Source of the DNA: Microthyrium microscopicum
Lineage: Eukaryota
Length of the DNA: 64,000 bases
Reading direction: 5' to 3'
Assembly: GCA_010405405.1 (NCBI GenBank)
Contig: MU004230.1
Span: 3,196,627-3,260,626, forward strand
A model generated the notes under the pieces. That model did not search any database. It had not been told where the DNA came from and saw nothing but the letters and a program-made list of their open reading frames with translations. Both the position numbers and the translations under genes were made by a program. Of the stretch, positions 24,675-37,145 are shown piece by piece (positions within the stretch are counted from its first letter, which is position 1; each line of letters starts with the position of its first letter).

Positions 24675-24931
24675 GATGAAACGTAAGCAGGTACTGAAGA
24701 GGATACGCTGTATTTTTACGTAGACACAAATGGGAATTTTCCAAGGCGTTGGAGAGGCTGCGAAAAAAAGTTCGAGAATTTGAGTGGGGTTGGGAATAAT
24801 TTTGAAATGCATGTGCGCTAGGCTCAACAAGGGTTAGCTCATTCGTCCAACGCAACTTTAATTCTTGAGAGCTTCGTTGATCAGATCTGATATGCGCAAC
24901 ATCAACTCTTCCCATTGAGAGCTCAATTACC

Positions 24932-26077
24932 ATGAATTGTATAAGATGTAGGCTTCTCCAAGCCCTGGAAAGCGGCGCTATCCCCCGAAAGCTCTTTCAG
25001 TCCCCCAAATTCCAACTCCACACCAGGCGCATACCGCAACTCCCAAAGCAATTCTCAACCCTCCCATCGCGAAAGCAACAACAATCCAGCAACCCAGCAG
25101 ACGACGACCCATCCTGGATATCCAGCGTAGACCGCGAACCCCAAATCGTCAAAGTAAAAGACGGCCACGGGCCCGGTATAATCCTTCTCGGTACTTCCTC
25201 CTCCCATCCCACTGCGACCTTGTAGACCTCACCATACTCACAAATCATCTAGCACTAATCCCCCTAACCGCCTTCGCCCTCGGCACCTGGCAAGTCAAAC
25301 GCCTGCAATGGAAAACCGACCTCATAGCCCGCTACGAAGACCAACTAATCCGACCTCCCCTCCCCCTCCCACCGCAACTAGACCTCTCCGCGCTCCCCGC
25401 CTTTGACTTCCGGCGCGTCTACGTGACCGGCCACTACCGACACGATCTCGAAATGCTCATCGGGCCACGCATACGAGACGGCGAAGACGGATATGTAGTC
25501 GTCACGCCCTTTGAGCGGACGGAAGGGGGTAGCACGATACTGGTAAATCGCGGGTGGATTAAGAAAGATCGGAAGGAGCAGAAGAGTAGGAGTGGGGAGG
25601 ATGCGTTGCCTCAGGGTGTGATGCAGGTGGAGGGGTTGTTGAGGGATAATCCGAAGAAGAATATGTTTACGCCGGAAAATCAGCCGGAAAAGGGACTGTT
25701 TTTCTTTCCGGATGTGGTGCAGATGGCGGAGTTGGTGGGGGCTGTGCCGGTTTGGATTGAGAGTACGATGGGTATGTGTTTGACCTCCCTTCATGGGAAG
25801 AAATGGATTACTGATTGAGGATAGAGCCGGAGCTGTTTGAAACGTTACGGAGGGAGGAGAAGGGTGTGCCGATGGGGAGACCGCCGGCGGTGAATTTGAG
25901 TAATAATCATGCTCAGTATATATTTACTTGGTATGTGGCATTTTTCATGATATCGTTTATTCGCTAATTCATTACAGGTATGCATTGGCTGCGGCCACGT
26001 CTATTATGTTTGCTATGGTGTTCAAGAAAGCACCGAAAGGCCCTGGTGGACGTGTACGAAGGAGTTCAGAGTGGTAG
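24932..26077 (+). CDS. SHY1: SURF1/Shy1 cytochrome c oxidase assembly factor, 4 exons
   Basis: Introns at about 25192-25252, 25772-25824 and 25931-25977. Motifs: IPLTAFALGTWQVKRLQWK, GYVVVTPF, ILVNRGWI, NNHAQYIFTWY. The N-terminus is Arg-rich and presequence-like. Confidence 0.93.
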
Positions 26078-26104
26078 TGATAGACTTATTATACCCCATC
26101 CAGT

Positions 26105-28026
26105 TTACTCTTCTTCATCAATAACTGATAATCGTCGCTTCTTGCCTCGTGGTAGTTTCGTGGGTGCCATTCGCACTGACTGGAGCAATTCTCCAGGGAG
26201 GTACTTTTGGGCTATGGAGAACACAGTGTTGTGGTCATTGAGTTGGCGTTGTCTGGTATTTAAATTAGCAAGGATTCTGTCGAAGAATTGATAGAACATA
26301 CCGTTTCATGAGTGTCACGACATCAGCCTCCTCAATCGTCTTTCTTCTCGCATGTGTCGAGTATGTTGCCAAATCCTCAGACAAGCGCTCAAAGAACCAG
26401 TCTGATGCCTCAGTGAGTGCAGTAACCGTGTCCTTATTGATCTTGCCGTTGCCACCAGATTGCTTCGAGAAAGTGCTGGCTAGCTTCTTGATGACATTTG
26501 CAGGCAATGAAGGGTATTCATTGCCTAGTCGTGATGTGTGCCGTACTTTCGGCTTCAGTTGGCGCTTTATGTTTGCCTGAACCTTTGCAATGACAGGTGG
26601 TGAAGGAACAGGATGGTGGGAATCTTCCGGTGAGACTCCTTGCTCCTCTTCGACTTCCATGTCCTCCGCATCCATTGCTTCTGCTTCAATCTCGGCGTCT
26701 TCAACCTCAACATCGTCGAGATCTTCTGCTTGATCATCGATGAACAATCCGGGACCTGATACACCGTTGAATCCAGCCGCGGCTTCTTCATCCTCCTCTT
26801 CCACTTCGTCTTCTGCTCCAAGTTCGCCCCCCTCAGCCTCATCAACATAAATCGGCATGTCCAACTCCGCCGTCTGCTCATCATCCTCCTCATACACCTC
26901 AGGCGCACCAAATGAAGATCTTGGACCACCACCAATATCAAACTGGAAAGTCGGATCCCCATCCGTCCCCAACGACTGTCTCGTAATACTCAAGTCTCCC
27001 TCCTCCTCTCTCCGCATCAACGCCCTCAGATTTCCCGTCGTCCCATTATCAATGAGTTCCGACTCATCAAGATCACCCGGCGGACCATCCGTATCCAGGA
27101 AACCCATCATACTATCCATGAATCCCTCTGCATCCGTCTGGTCCGACCGAATATCACCAAGCACACCCATCTGATCACTCATCCGTCGCGCATCAAAGCT
27201 CGAGCGTCGCCGATTGTACTGCCGCCGACCGGCCTCCATGTCCGCATCATCGAGTGCTATCGACATGCGTGGCGGGGCCTCGTGGAAGCTATCGTACTCC
27301 ATGTCCGCCATCCCCAGAGTCATGGTAGGAGCTTCGGGAGACGGACTCTCAGAAGGTAGCTGTGAGCGACGGCGCGAGGATGGAACGATAGGCGTGTGGG
27401 CAATTGGAGCAGATTTTGCGGCCAATGCGCGACTCAGCATTCGTAATTCGTTGCGCGGAGTCTCTCTAAGTGTCCGCCCGCTTTGCCGGCGATCTTTTCG
27501 GCCGGGTGTAGCGCCCGCATATTTGCGTAAGTTGTTGGACTGTTGCTGTGCTCGTACACCGTGGGGAGTGGTGGGTTTGCGGCCGGGTGTGGAGCGAAAT
27601 GGCAATCGTCCGCTAGGTGTTGCTTTTGCACCGGTTCCTGGAGTGGTGCCGCGGCTACTATTGTGGTTTGCTCCATTGCGCAAAGGATTCCGGGCGGGTG
27701 TTTTTATTGTGTCTCGTTCTGAGGATGGATTGGGAGGGTTGAGGGTCTGACCGAGTTGGTGTAGCTAAAATTGTGAGCTGCTTTGTTTACTTTTATGGTG
27801 GGCATGCCATACCTTTCCATGTATTGTTGAATCACCTTCGTTCTGGTGAGCTATGTTTGTGTTTGCAATTTGGCCAAGTTGATGAAGCTATATTACGTAT
27901 TAGTCTCCATACTTTGATATTTATGCTGCCACCCACGTCTGCAAAGGGTGTAACTGCCTGTTGAACCTCGACGGCCTCTGAATTGCGCGGTGTTACTCGC
28001 GGTCGCTTTGTTGACCGTTCTGCCAT
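26105..28026 (-). CDS. cnp20: Inner kinetochore protein CENP-T/Cnp20-like (disordered N-terminus + C-terminal histone fold), up to 4 exons
   Basis: Exons 28026-27937, 27887-27813, 27764-26302 and 26252-26105. It has many TP/SP sites, an acidic linker, and a histone fold SLPANVIKKLA..FFERLSEDLATYSTHARRKTIEEADVVTLMKRQR..AQKYLPGELLQ. Confidence 0.82.
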
Positions 28027-28202
28027 GTTGACAGAGAAAATATGTGGAATACAGAAGAAGGAAGGGTCAATTAGAAAATCTCCTAGAAGTATTCGCAGGC
28101 TGTTCCGACAGTAGGTATATTTGACATTCTGTTACTGAAACGAGTCGACGGCAGGGCAGCAATGACAGAAGTTGATGTTGGAATTAATCAATCAGTCGCC
28201 AG

Positions 28203-28213
28203 ACGCGTCGCGT
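28203..28213. promoter_or_regulatory. MCB-like cell-cycle elements (ACGCGT + overlapping CGCGT) in the cnp20/CMS1 divergent promoter
   Basis: agACGCGTCGCGTg lies about 180 bp upstream of the CENP-T-like ATG. ACGCGT is the established MBF binding site. Function here is inferred. Confidence 0.4.
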
Positions 28214-28416
28214 GTCGGCTCATCAAGTGGTCAATGCGCATCTGCAAACTGCCACTAAGAAACACGCTAGCAATTTAAGGTTATCGATAACCCTCCTCTT
28301 TCTTTTGGTAACAACTTTTTCTTGCTCCCCACCAGTGAACATTGTGTACCTGAGCCCTCCAGATATATCGACCCGTGGACTACGAAAGCTTTGGTCTGTC
28401 GGAGAATTTATTCAAC

Positions 28417-29407
28417 ATGGCTGACCGTCAACCACTACCGCCAAGTCCAAGCACGAAACGGAAACTTGAGGACGATGCTCCCGAACCAGCGGTGGAGAAG
28501 AAGCGCAAAATCAAGAAGGCAAAGACACCAAGACAACGACCGGGCGAAGATTTTGATGATACACAAGGATTAAATCTTGCCATTGGTCGTATGGATTCAC
28601 AAGAATTGATCACATATGTAGATTCGCGAACCAAGCAATTCGAGCCAAAGATCAGTGAGATGGAACTAGAAGACCAACGGTTGCTAGGTAGTTTGACTAA
28701 AACTCCCTTGGCTGAAATGATATATATATATATGCTTACTGTTATGGTGTTATAGTCAAATCTATCAAAGACACCTCTCTGTGGCAAGAAACCAGGGACA
28801 AACAGCATATGCCAGAGTTCTTGGAGAATGTGGCTAGTGAAAGCTTGAGTGAGGCTGCCAAAAGTCATGGTAGTCCACATACGCTTGTAGTTGCTGGAGC
28901 AGGACTAAGAGCTGCTGATTTGACGAGGTATATCCAACTGCACTCCACTCGTCTTCTGTATAAGCACTGACAAATACCCCAGAGCGTTGCGAAAGTTCCA
29001 TAGCGCTAATGGCGCAGTTGCAAAACTCTTCGCCAAGCATATCAAAATCCAAGAATCGATAGACTTTTGCAAGCGGAAAAGGTATATCCTATGTACAGCA
29101 GAGTTTTGGATCCACTGGCTGACTTGAGCAGAATCACGATTGGTGTAGGTACACCACAGAGAATCATCGATCTTCTCGAAAATGGTAAGTTTTTGAAGAT
29201 GTCTGCTTGACAGATCGCTGACAACTGATAGGAGCGCTATCTTCCAAAGACTTGAAGAGAGTGGTGATAGATGCGTCTCATGTTGATGCAAAGAGACGAG
29301 GGATTCTGGAGATGAAGGATACACTGAATCCTCTCGTAAAGCTGCTAAATACGCCACTCTTGAGAGATCGATTTACTGATGGCTCGACGACTGTGATATT
29401 CTATTGA
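28417..29407 (+). CDS. CMS1: Cms1 (U3-containing 90S pre-ribosome subunit), 5 exons
   Basis: Spliced motifs: GSPHTLVVAGAGLRAADLTRALR, VAKLFAKHIK, IGVGTPQRIIDLL, VVIDASHVDAKRRGILEM. Four short GT-AG introns. Confidence 0.88.
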
Positions 29408-31513
29408 TCCGCGGCGAGCGTGGAGAGAAGTCGTAAGTAGGCCAGTCTAAAGCTTATTTATTCAAGTTCATACAAGAATGATTTTTAATGAACAAGCTGA
29501 CATGGTGCATAAGATAGCAGTCAGTCTTTGCCTCAAACATCTATCGTTATACTCTCAAGTAGTAGTGAGAGATGTTGAAGAATCATGCACGAAGCAAAGA
29601 ACAACACAAAGCCATCAAATATAACCACGCGGTATCGACCACAATCAGTAACTCGAACTACCGTACCTATATAAATAATCTCGCTTTCGCCATACATGTC
29701 TGAACACCGTAGCAAGCTAACCAAAAGAAGCCGATATAACGAGCGTTTCTGAAACGCGGCGTGCACTTCGCGGCGGGAGGGATGCATGCCGGGCCTGTTG
29801 AGATACGAAACTCAAACAGCAGGCTTCACTTTTTAGGTGCAAGTTTGTTTGTGGGCTGATGCGCCTTTAAACGCCCGAAGTCTTGATGGATTTACGGCGG
29901 GCCTGATTACATAGGTGAAAGGATCAATGATGGTTTTGGTGTTGAGTTGGCGCTTGTAGTGTATTTTCGAAGCACCAATTAGATGTGGATGACGGGGTAG
30001 AGGCAGAAGAGAGGGCACTTAGATCGCTTGCGCGACGTATCATAGAAAAGGTGTTTTTTTAGACATGGCAAAGAAACTTGGGAGAGAATTGGTTGGGTTA
30101 AGGTAAGAATGTTTGAGGTCGCCTTGTCGCTTGGTTCGAGTTTGAATGTGCATTACGAATGAATGTTGCGTACGACTTGTAGGCAAGTATGGAACGAAGG
30201 AAACGTTCCCAGGATTAAAGCGATTCCAACGGTAGCAGGCGAAGGGACATTTGCTCAAACGGGATGAAAAGAGTTTGATGTATTTCTGGTCATTTCCAGC
30301 CTGATAAGGTCGTGGATTAGGAAAAAGGAGATCAGCATAGTAATTACCAGATATGATTGAGAACCGTAGAAGAACGGGTGGTCGTCGGTTCGAAGGCCCT
30401 TGCTTTAAGTTGCTTCATGTTTTCAACGATGTGACTGGCCTCCATGATATTTGATGGGAAGGGTCAAGAGCATACAAGGCTTCAAGCGTGGTAAGAAGAG
30501 CAAGACAGCAACAGGCGGCGTAACTATCAAAAATGCAGTCGGCGTAATTAGGAGCATCTTGACGAATCAGTGTGAAGACAGTGGCATGGGAGGATACACT
30601 GGTAGTAGCAGACAGGGACACAGATGCCTCAAGCAGGACTCAAATACCCGATGGGTTGCTTCAACTTAGCCCGCGTACAGGTAGCATGGATTGCATGATA
30701 GCTGGAACTTTGGAAGAAAGGAAATGGTTGGCGGGATCTTGATTGATGGATGGATTGGAGTCTTGATTCTTGAGGAGAGGATTTAGAGGAGAAGAAGAGA
30801 GGTGTAGAACATCTGATAAATGGTGCATCTTCAAATTCTCCACTATTTCACCAACTCGCCCCTGCTCCCATCCCATCCATCAGATCTATCTTTCCCCCAA
30901 CCTTCTTCACCACAATCTGCACATCGTCTTTACTACCACTCCATTGCCTGCCCACCCATTGAAGTCTGAATAGACTCTTAGCCTCATATTCTCTACTAGG
31001 GTCCTCCTCTCCGCTGGTTCCCGCCACTACAGTCCCCGGACACCGTCAAACCCTGCCTTTTCACGGACCTACACGCATTCACAGCTTGGATCTGACGTTA
31101 GTACTCCCGTCTGCCATCCGATCCCATCGTCACTTTGTGCTACCAGCTGCCGAATCGCACTTGTTCGCGTTCTGCACAGCGTCCAGCACTTGATTGCATA
31201 CGTCAAACCATATACATCTGCTTTGGCATCATCAAACCCGCGTTCAGCGCATTGTTTCTCATAACATCTACTTCACCCGGGCTGACACTTGCCAGACGAC
31301 CCAGTTTCACATCCAGCGTCTACTTCCCCCCTCCTCAATACCACTTGATCTGCCTTTTCCACCGCCATTTCCTTCATAACAGAACACTTGAAAGTCTACG
31401 CCTTGACTCTAGCAGCTGCATCTTAAGATCATAGCTCCAACGTCAGGAATATCCACAAGCCGCGATCCAACTCATCTCTTTGTACTACCCATCTCTATCA
31501 TCCATTAATTATC

Positions 31514-32375
31514 ATGGCCGCCGCTCCAACAACTAAATCGCTAAAGGTTAGATCGACCCTTTGTTGCCTCTTCTTGCACTCTGATACTAACTCTACTTAG
31601 TGCGTGGTGACTGGCGATGGTGCTGTAGGAAAGGTACAACCGTTCCTATCGCCCCTCATCGAGAACGGATACTCACTGCTCTTAGACATGTCTCCTCATT
31701 TCATACACTACCAATGCTTTCCCCGGCGAATATATCCCCACGGTGTAAGGACTGTCTTCCGCATCCATTGTCAAATGCTAACCAAAATAAGCTTCGACAA
31801 CTACTCTGCTAGCGTCATGGTAGATGGGAAGCCCATCAGTTTAGGTCTCTGGGATACTGCCGGGCAGGAAGATTACGATCGCTTGCGGCCACTTTCATAC
31901 CCACAAACAGACGTTTTTCTAATTTGCTTCTCCATTGTGAGCAGAGCCTCCTTTGACAACGTAAAGGCGAAGGTACGCGAGAATCACATATTGTGGAGGA
32001 CAATTCTTCTAACGAATATTGTAGTGGGCACCAGAAATTGAGCATCATGCGCCAGGCGTTCCCATCATTCTTGTAGGCACAAAGCTCGATCTTCGCGATG
32101 ACGAATCCACGAAAGAAAGCATGCGCAAGATGCGAACAACCCCGGTCCAATATGAAGAGGCTCTACAGGTTGGGCGAGAAATCAAGGCGCGCAAGTACCT
32201 AGAGTGCTCTGCCTTGACACAACGCAATCTCAAGAGTGTATTCGACGAGGCAATCCGGTAAGTCTTTGCGATTAGATTTGACATTGGATCTGGGTACTGA
32301 TTTTTCTGCAGCGCCGTTTTGCAACAAGGTACTGGACAGAAGAAACAAAAGAAGCGAAGCTGCACCATCCTATAG
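31514..32375 (+). CDS. rac1: Rac-type Rho GTPase, 6 exons
   Basis: Spliced product [84 protein letters not shown]... with a polybasic tail and CAAX box [11 protein letters not shown]. Confidence 0.96.
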
Positions 32376-33789
32376 ATATCCCCATTTCATATACTTGTGG
32401 CACCACCCGGCGTTTATATTGCGAATAGAGGAGGATCCTGCCTAGGAAATGATCATATCGAACATGGAGACACAACTCAGAAATCACCATCCAACGACTA
32501 GCCATTTCAAATCAAGACGTTTTGCCATTTTCGGTAGATTGGCTGCCTTTTGTCGGCATGAACCATGGGAAAGAGCTTGGATTGCGCCAGCAAGATGGGA
32601 TATCAATGCTTGGCTTGAAGTAGTTTTTATTCCCCTTGATATCCCGGATGCCGGACAGATCTAGCTCTAAGCTTCCTACGCTTGATATGGAAACTAGTTT
32701 TCAATGCTTTCTTGGATCCAAGTTGAATGGTTTTTGACGTCTCGAGTCATTCCTTATTTGCTCGAAACCCTTTTTTTTTGCTTGTAATCGGATCAAAATG
32801 CGAGTTATATTTTCGTCGACTTTTTTTTGCGAGCCTTTGGGTTTGGCATTTTGAACGGTTCTTTTTTATCTTCTTTACCTCTCCTGTAGATAACGAGTAG
32901 TGGTCATGAGCAAGAAATTTGTGGATAATCTTTTCGATGTTGTTATATCTATGCCTCTATTGCTTGAGTGATTGCTAACTAGGAAGCCATACTGGAAGAT
33001 ATATGTCAAGGTACGTTTATAGTGGATTTGATAAGCGATGTGCTTACGCGGTGCTAGGTGTCTTCTTTTCGATCCCACTGAGTTCGCTTCGATTGATGCG
33101 ATTGATCAGTTTGCTCTAGCTAAAGTTGAGTCCAGTTGGCTTACATCTCCTCACTTGGATGAAGTTGTATCCTACAGAATCCGGCTCAGAGAACCCCATG
33201 AATGTCATAACTTGGTCAGCCCATGGCTACACTCGGCCATTACCTTCAATTCGTAGCCGCCGGATATGCTGGTTCAGAACAGATAATGGTAACTGTTGCA
33301 TACGGTTTCATCAATAGATGAGCATATACTCCCTCCTTTGCTTGCTGGCTGATCCAATTGAGCATTATGCTGCGCCTCACTGCGGAGGCACGGCTTCGGC
33401 TACGCCGATATAGGTGATTAGATGAACGATTGAGGAAAGAGCAGTTCACGATGCCGACTTCGGGCACAGAAAGGAGTCAATTGCTCCTTCCTCTTGGAGT
33501 CTACCTGAAGAACTGGCTTATTGCGCACGAACACCTCGGTATGTCGGTTCTATTGGCTCCATCCACCTAAAACCTCCACCTCGAAATCTCACGATCTTCG
33601 CCGCCTTCATGTCCCACCTCTAACACTCTATCCTTTCCTCAGCTACCTGTAGGAGATAGTCCTTGCGTGTCTCCTTCTTCCCTGGGCTTAGCACTGTGTG
33701 AAATCTGCGTGGAATCTGCCGCTTCAGGCTCACCGCCCCGGTCTAACGTTGTTCGGCCTGGTATTTCACCTTACGAGACTCAAGCAGCC

Positions 33790-36700
33790 ATGGATTTCCA
33801 CTCAACCTTTCTCCCTCCACCACCCGAATACCACTTCAGTGAATTCACAACTCCAACCCGTCAATCTCAATCACGTGCAGATCTGAACAGCCTTATCCAG
33901 ATGGGAGGCGCTAAAGGTATGTCATTCCTCGAGCTTGTAGCTATAAAAACTTGTACCTTTTACACCACTCTTCCCTCCTCCTCTCCACCACTTTTCAAAT
34001 TTGCTCGCGCCTATACGCCTCCATCCTTAGACCTCTACTGTTTGGATAGCGGACATTTTTTCTCTCCCTCATTTCTTTAGTCTTGTTTCTTAGCCCATTG
34101 GTGTTCGCCAAAATGGCTGAACCGCCTCAAAAAGGCAAAAATCGACGTGGTATACCCTTTCGCGCGCCTTCTTTTCTCACCCTCGCTTTTTGGAAACAAG
34201 GCTATATGAAACGTTTTACTGACTTTTGATTGCAGAACGACAGCGCGCAAATCGACGATTGGGTCGTCTGCAAGCTTCTGGGGCCGCCAACAATTCCCAT
34301 ATTCAGATCGTGCCTCGTGCTCCTGAGCCAGAGCAATACTACGATGAAGCGGAAGATGATGTCCCAACCTTTCGGACCCTGTCTTACCAAGCTGACCTCG
34401 CACGAACCGTCAAACCGAGTACTCATCAACGCAATGTTCCATCAGCAAATATGGACTCAAGCTATGCTACCAAGACTCGGCTAGATTCTTCGGATCTGCA
34501 GCTTGCTGGCGAGTCTATATATGCACGATCCTCGGGATCTCGATCTGGTGGCTATGTTACCTTGAGACCAGCTCATGGAAAATATCATGAGCAGTATCAA
34601 ACTTGTAAGTGTTTCTCGCTGAACTTGATAGCTTGACACTAATGGAACTGTCAGCCGATGACTCGAGCCTCGATCGACCAAAGCCTGTTCAGTCTATCGT
34701 CAATCCTTCGTTCCAGGATTATTCCAGCTCCGTGCAACAACATTCTGACGGACGTTTTGCGCCTGAGCGAGGACACAACTCAAATTTGAGCAGCTATGTC
34801 CCATCGCGCCAAGAGTCCATGACCGACTACTCGGAAGGTAAGTCAATTTCAGTCTTAATCGGTGGACAAAAGGAATGACTTGCTCACATCGACTTTGTTG
34901 CAATCATTGCCTGCCATGATGAAAAGCTACTTGATTTCCAATTGCTTTCGATGACATGCCCACCTTGTCACGCATCCAATGGAAAGAAAGTATCTTCTTG
35001 TCAGAGAAGTGATGACGACAGCCAAAGCCTCACATGGGAGCATGATACCTATTTTGTTCTGTCGTTCAACCTCTGTGTTATCAAATCTAACAATCTTTTA
35101 CAGCATCTCATGAGCATTTCATGGAATCTTCGAACCAAAACAATGCTGCTAAGAGTTACCAGCGACATGCCCTGGACTTCGAGCATATTTTTGGTAGTAC
35201 AATACCCGATGTTCAGTGGCTAAACTCGCATCAAGGCACCTATGATGGGTATCTCATCTTTGTGCAAGCTCCGTCCGGGGATGTTCACGCCTGTCAATGG
35301 AATCAGGCTGCATTTCAGTGGGCAGAAGCTGGTGTCTGGAATGTCAAAAAGGGTCGAATCGAAGGTGCCTTGGCCCGTGAGCGTCTTCGAGCTAATTCGA
35401 CAGGTGAAATCATCAAGCCCGGTTCCATCCATTACTTCCGTGCTGTCGCAATGCAACGTGAGCAGGATGGACAGACCCAGTCTGTTCGTCGTCGCGAGTC
35501 AAGTGCATCATTGGCTAGTCCTACACCATCTGGTGCGAATCGAAACATTATGGGCTCTGATTATTCTTCGAACCAAAGCGGGAAAACGATCAAGAAGAGC
35601 ACTGTTCGTCTGCCCACTGGGCAGCCTCCGGCGCCTTCTGTAGAGTCGCCCTACTCCTCTGCCCAAACTGTTCGACCAGCCCAAGAAGCAACCAAAAAGG
35701 TTCAAAACGACAATGCGATGCAGTCCGCGCGAAGTCAGAGTCAGTTTGGCAACATACCCCGTGGCGATGAGAGCACTTTTGGATATGACGGTTACGATCA
35801 GCCCCAAACCGCCATTTACCGTCCGTCTGGACTCGGTATCAGCGACTATCAGTCCTCGCATGTTAATCCGCAAGATCAAATCCAAAACTATGGGCTGCCA
35901 GAGCCTCCACGCTTTCCTGCCAAACTCGACTTGAGATTCGCTCTTCCTATGAAGCAAGTTTCCATGATTTCTGCAGAACTGAAGAACAAGCCTCTTCAAG
36001 AAGAATTCAAGATTCCAGCTGGCCATGGTAACATTGGAGGGGGTTAGATGCCTCGTCTCCTAGTTCCAGAATGGGCCAACAAGAAGAACACTACTTCATT
36101 CACATCTCAGGATCATGAACCTGCTCAGTACACCGAAGAAGAAGATTTGGAAGATTCTTCCGAGACGAACACCAATCCGTCCCCAATGGCTAGTCCACAT
36201 CAGGTTGATGGTGATGGTGAAGCCCCTAATGAGGATGCACTTAGTCGGCTGGGCCTCGACACTCCTAATCGACGTGATAGTCGTACTGTACTTGGTGACA
36301 TGGTCAAGACACCTGGCTCCGCCCAGATCAAATTCATGAACGCACTTCGCTCCATTCGTGAAGAGTACACGGACGTGTCTCAGCCTCTTCGAAATCAGCT
36401 TCCCGGTCCATGGACTGCTCCCTTCTTCCAGGATAATGCTAAGCAAGATGATCTCCCATTCATCGGAGCGGACGAGAATCACCATGCCCAGCCAACTCTG
36501 GATGAGTGGTTCGGTAACTTCGGCCTTGGTAGTCGTCGTAGGGCGTTTGGTGCCAAAATCACAAAGGGCCCGTCCAACAAGATTACCGATGACGTGTTGG
36601 TGCCTTTGGCAGAGTCTTTGAACTCCTATCTTGACCCTGAGAACCCGGCCAACTATGTTCAGATGCTGAATCCGTTTACTGTGCCAAATCCAAAAGACAT

Positions 36701-37145
36701 TGCTACTGGGCCAGGTTCTAACAACAGCTTTTGGATCAACCCTCCCTTCAACGTGCCCGGCAAGAAACTACAGCCACAACAGCCGGCTCGAAATCATGGA
36801 ATGGACGGCAAGCCTGATGCAAACAATGCAACTCTAGGTGCCAACTTTGGCAGCTCAAACACGATCATTCATCACCGTGAAGCCGGCCAGTCTAGCACTG
36901 TTGTCCCGGATCGTGGAGTTGGCAAATCTAGATCTGCGTCCCAAGATCATTCATCCTCTCCAAGCTCCTCTCTTCCTGGACTAGGAGCTGGACTAGGATC
37001 ATCTATGGTCTCTCCACTACATGACCGCATTTATGGCAATACCAGCACTTCTCGAGTATGGGGCCTCAAAGCCATGTCTCCTACTGGCCCTGACAAGTCC
37101 TCACTTCTTAGTGGACTAGTCGCCGAGAGCGAAGCCGATGATTGA
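33790..37145 (+). CDS. Large low-complexity hypothetical protein. Two candidate first exons and an in-frame TAG at 36045-36047 (may be two ORFs or a disrupted allele)
   Basis: Phase-compatible splicing of 33790-33916 (or 34113-34149), 34236-34604, 34655-34837 and 35104-36047. The 365-aa ORF 36048-37145 continues in the same frame. Confidence 0.6.

Noticed and set aside
24108..24723. Long hydrophobic + strand ORFs (192 and 197 aa)
   Set aside because: They are antisense shadows of the Lys/Glu-rich NOP6 CDS. The same applies to antisense ORFs over UTP15, PRP24, RSM22, the Gemin2-like gene and the lyase.
30088..30105. Possible telomerase RNA template (minus strand CCTTAACCCAACC)
   Set aside because: It is not a 1.5x complement of TTAGGG (CCCTAACCC or TAACCCTAA), and no supporting domain was recognised.
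31020..31300. AGTCCCCGGAC and CCGGGCTGA resemble RNase MRP conserved regions
   Set aside because: The GAAA preceding the first motif is missing and the 3' motif is a poor match. The region is more simply the CT-rich rac1 promoter/5' UTR. An Rfam scan would settle it.
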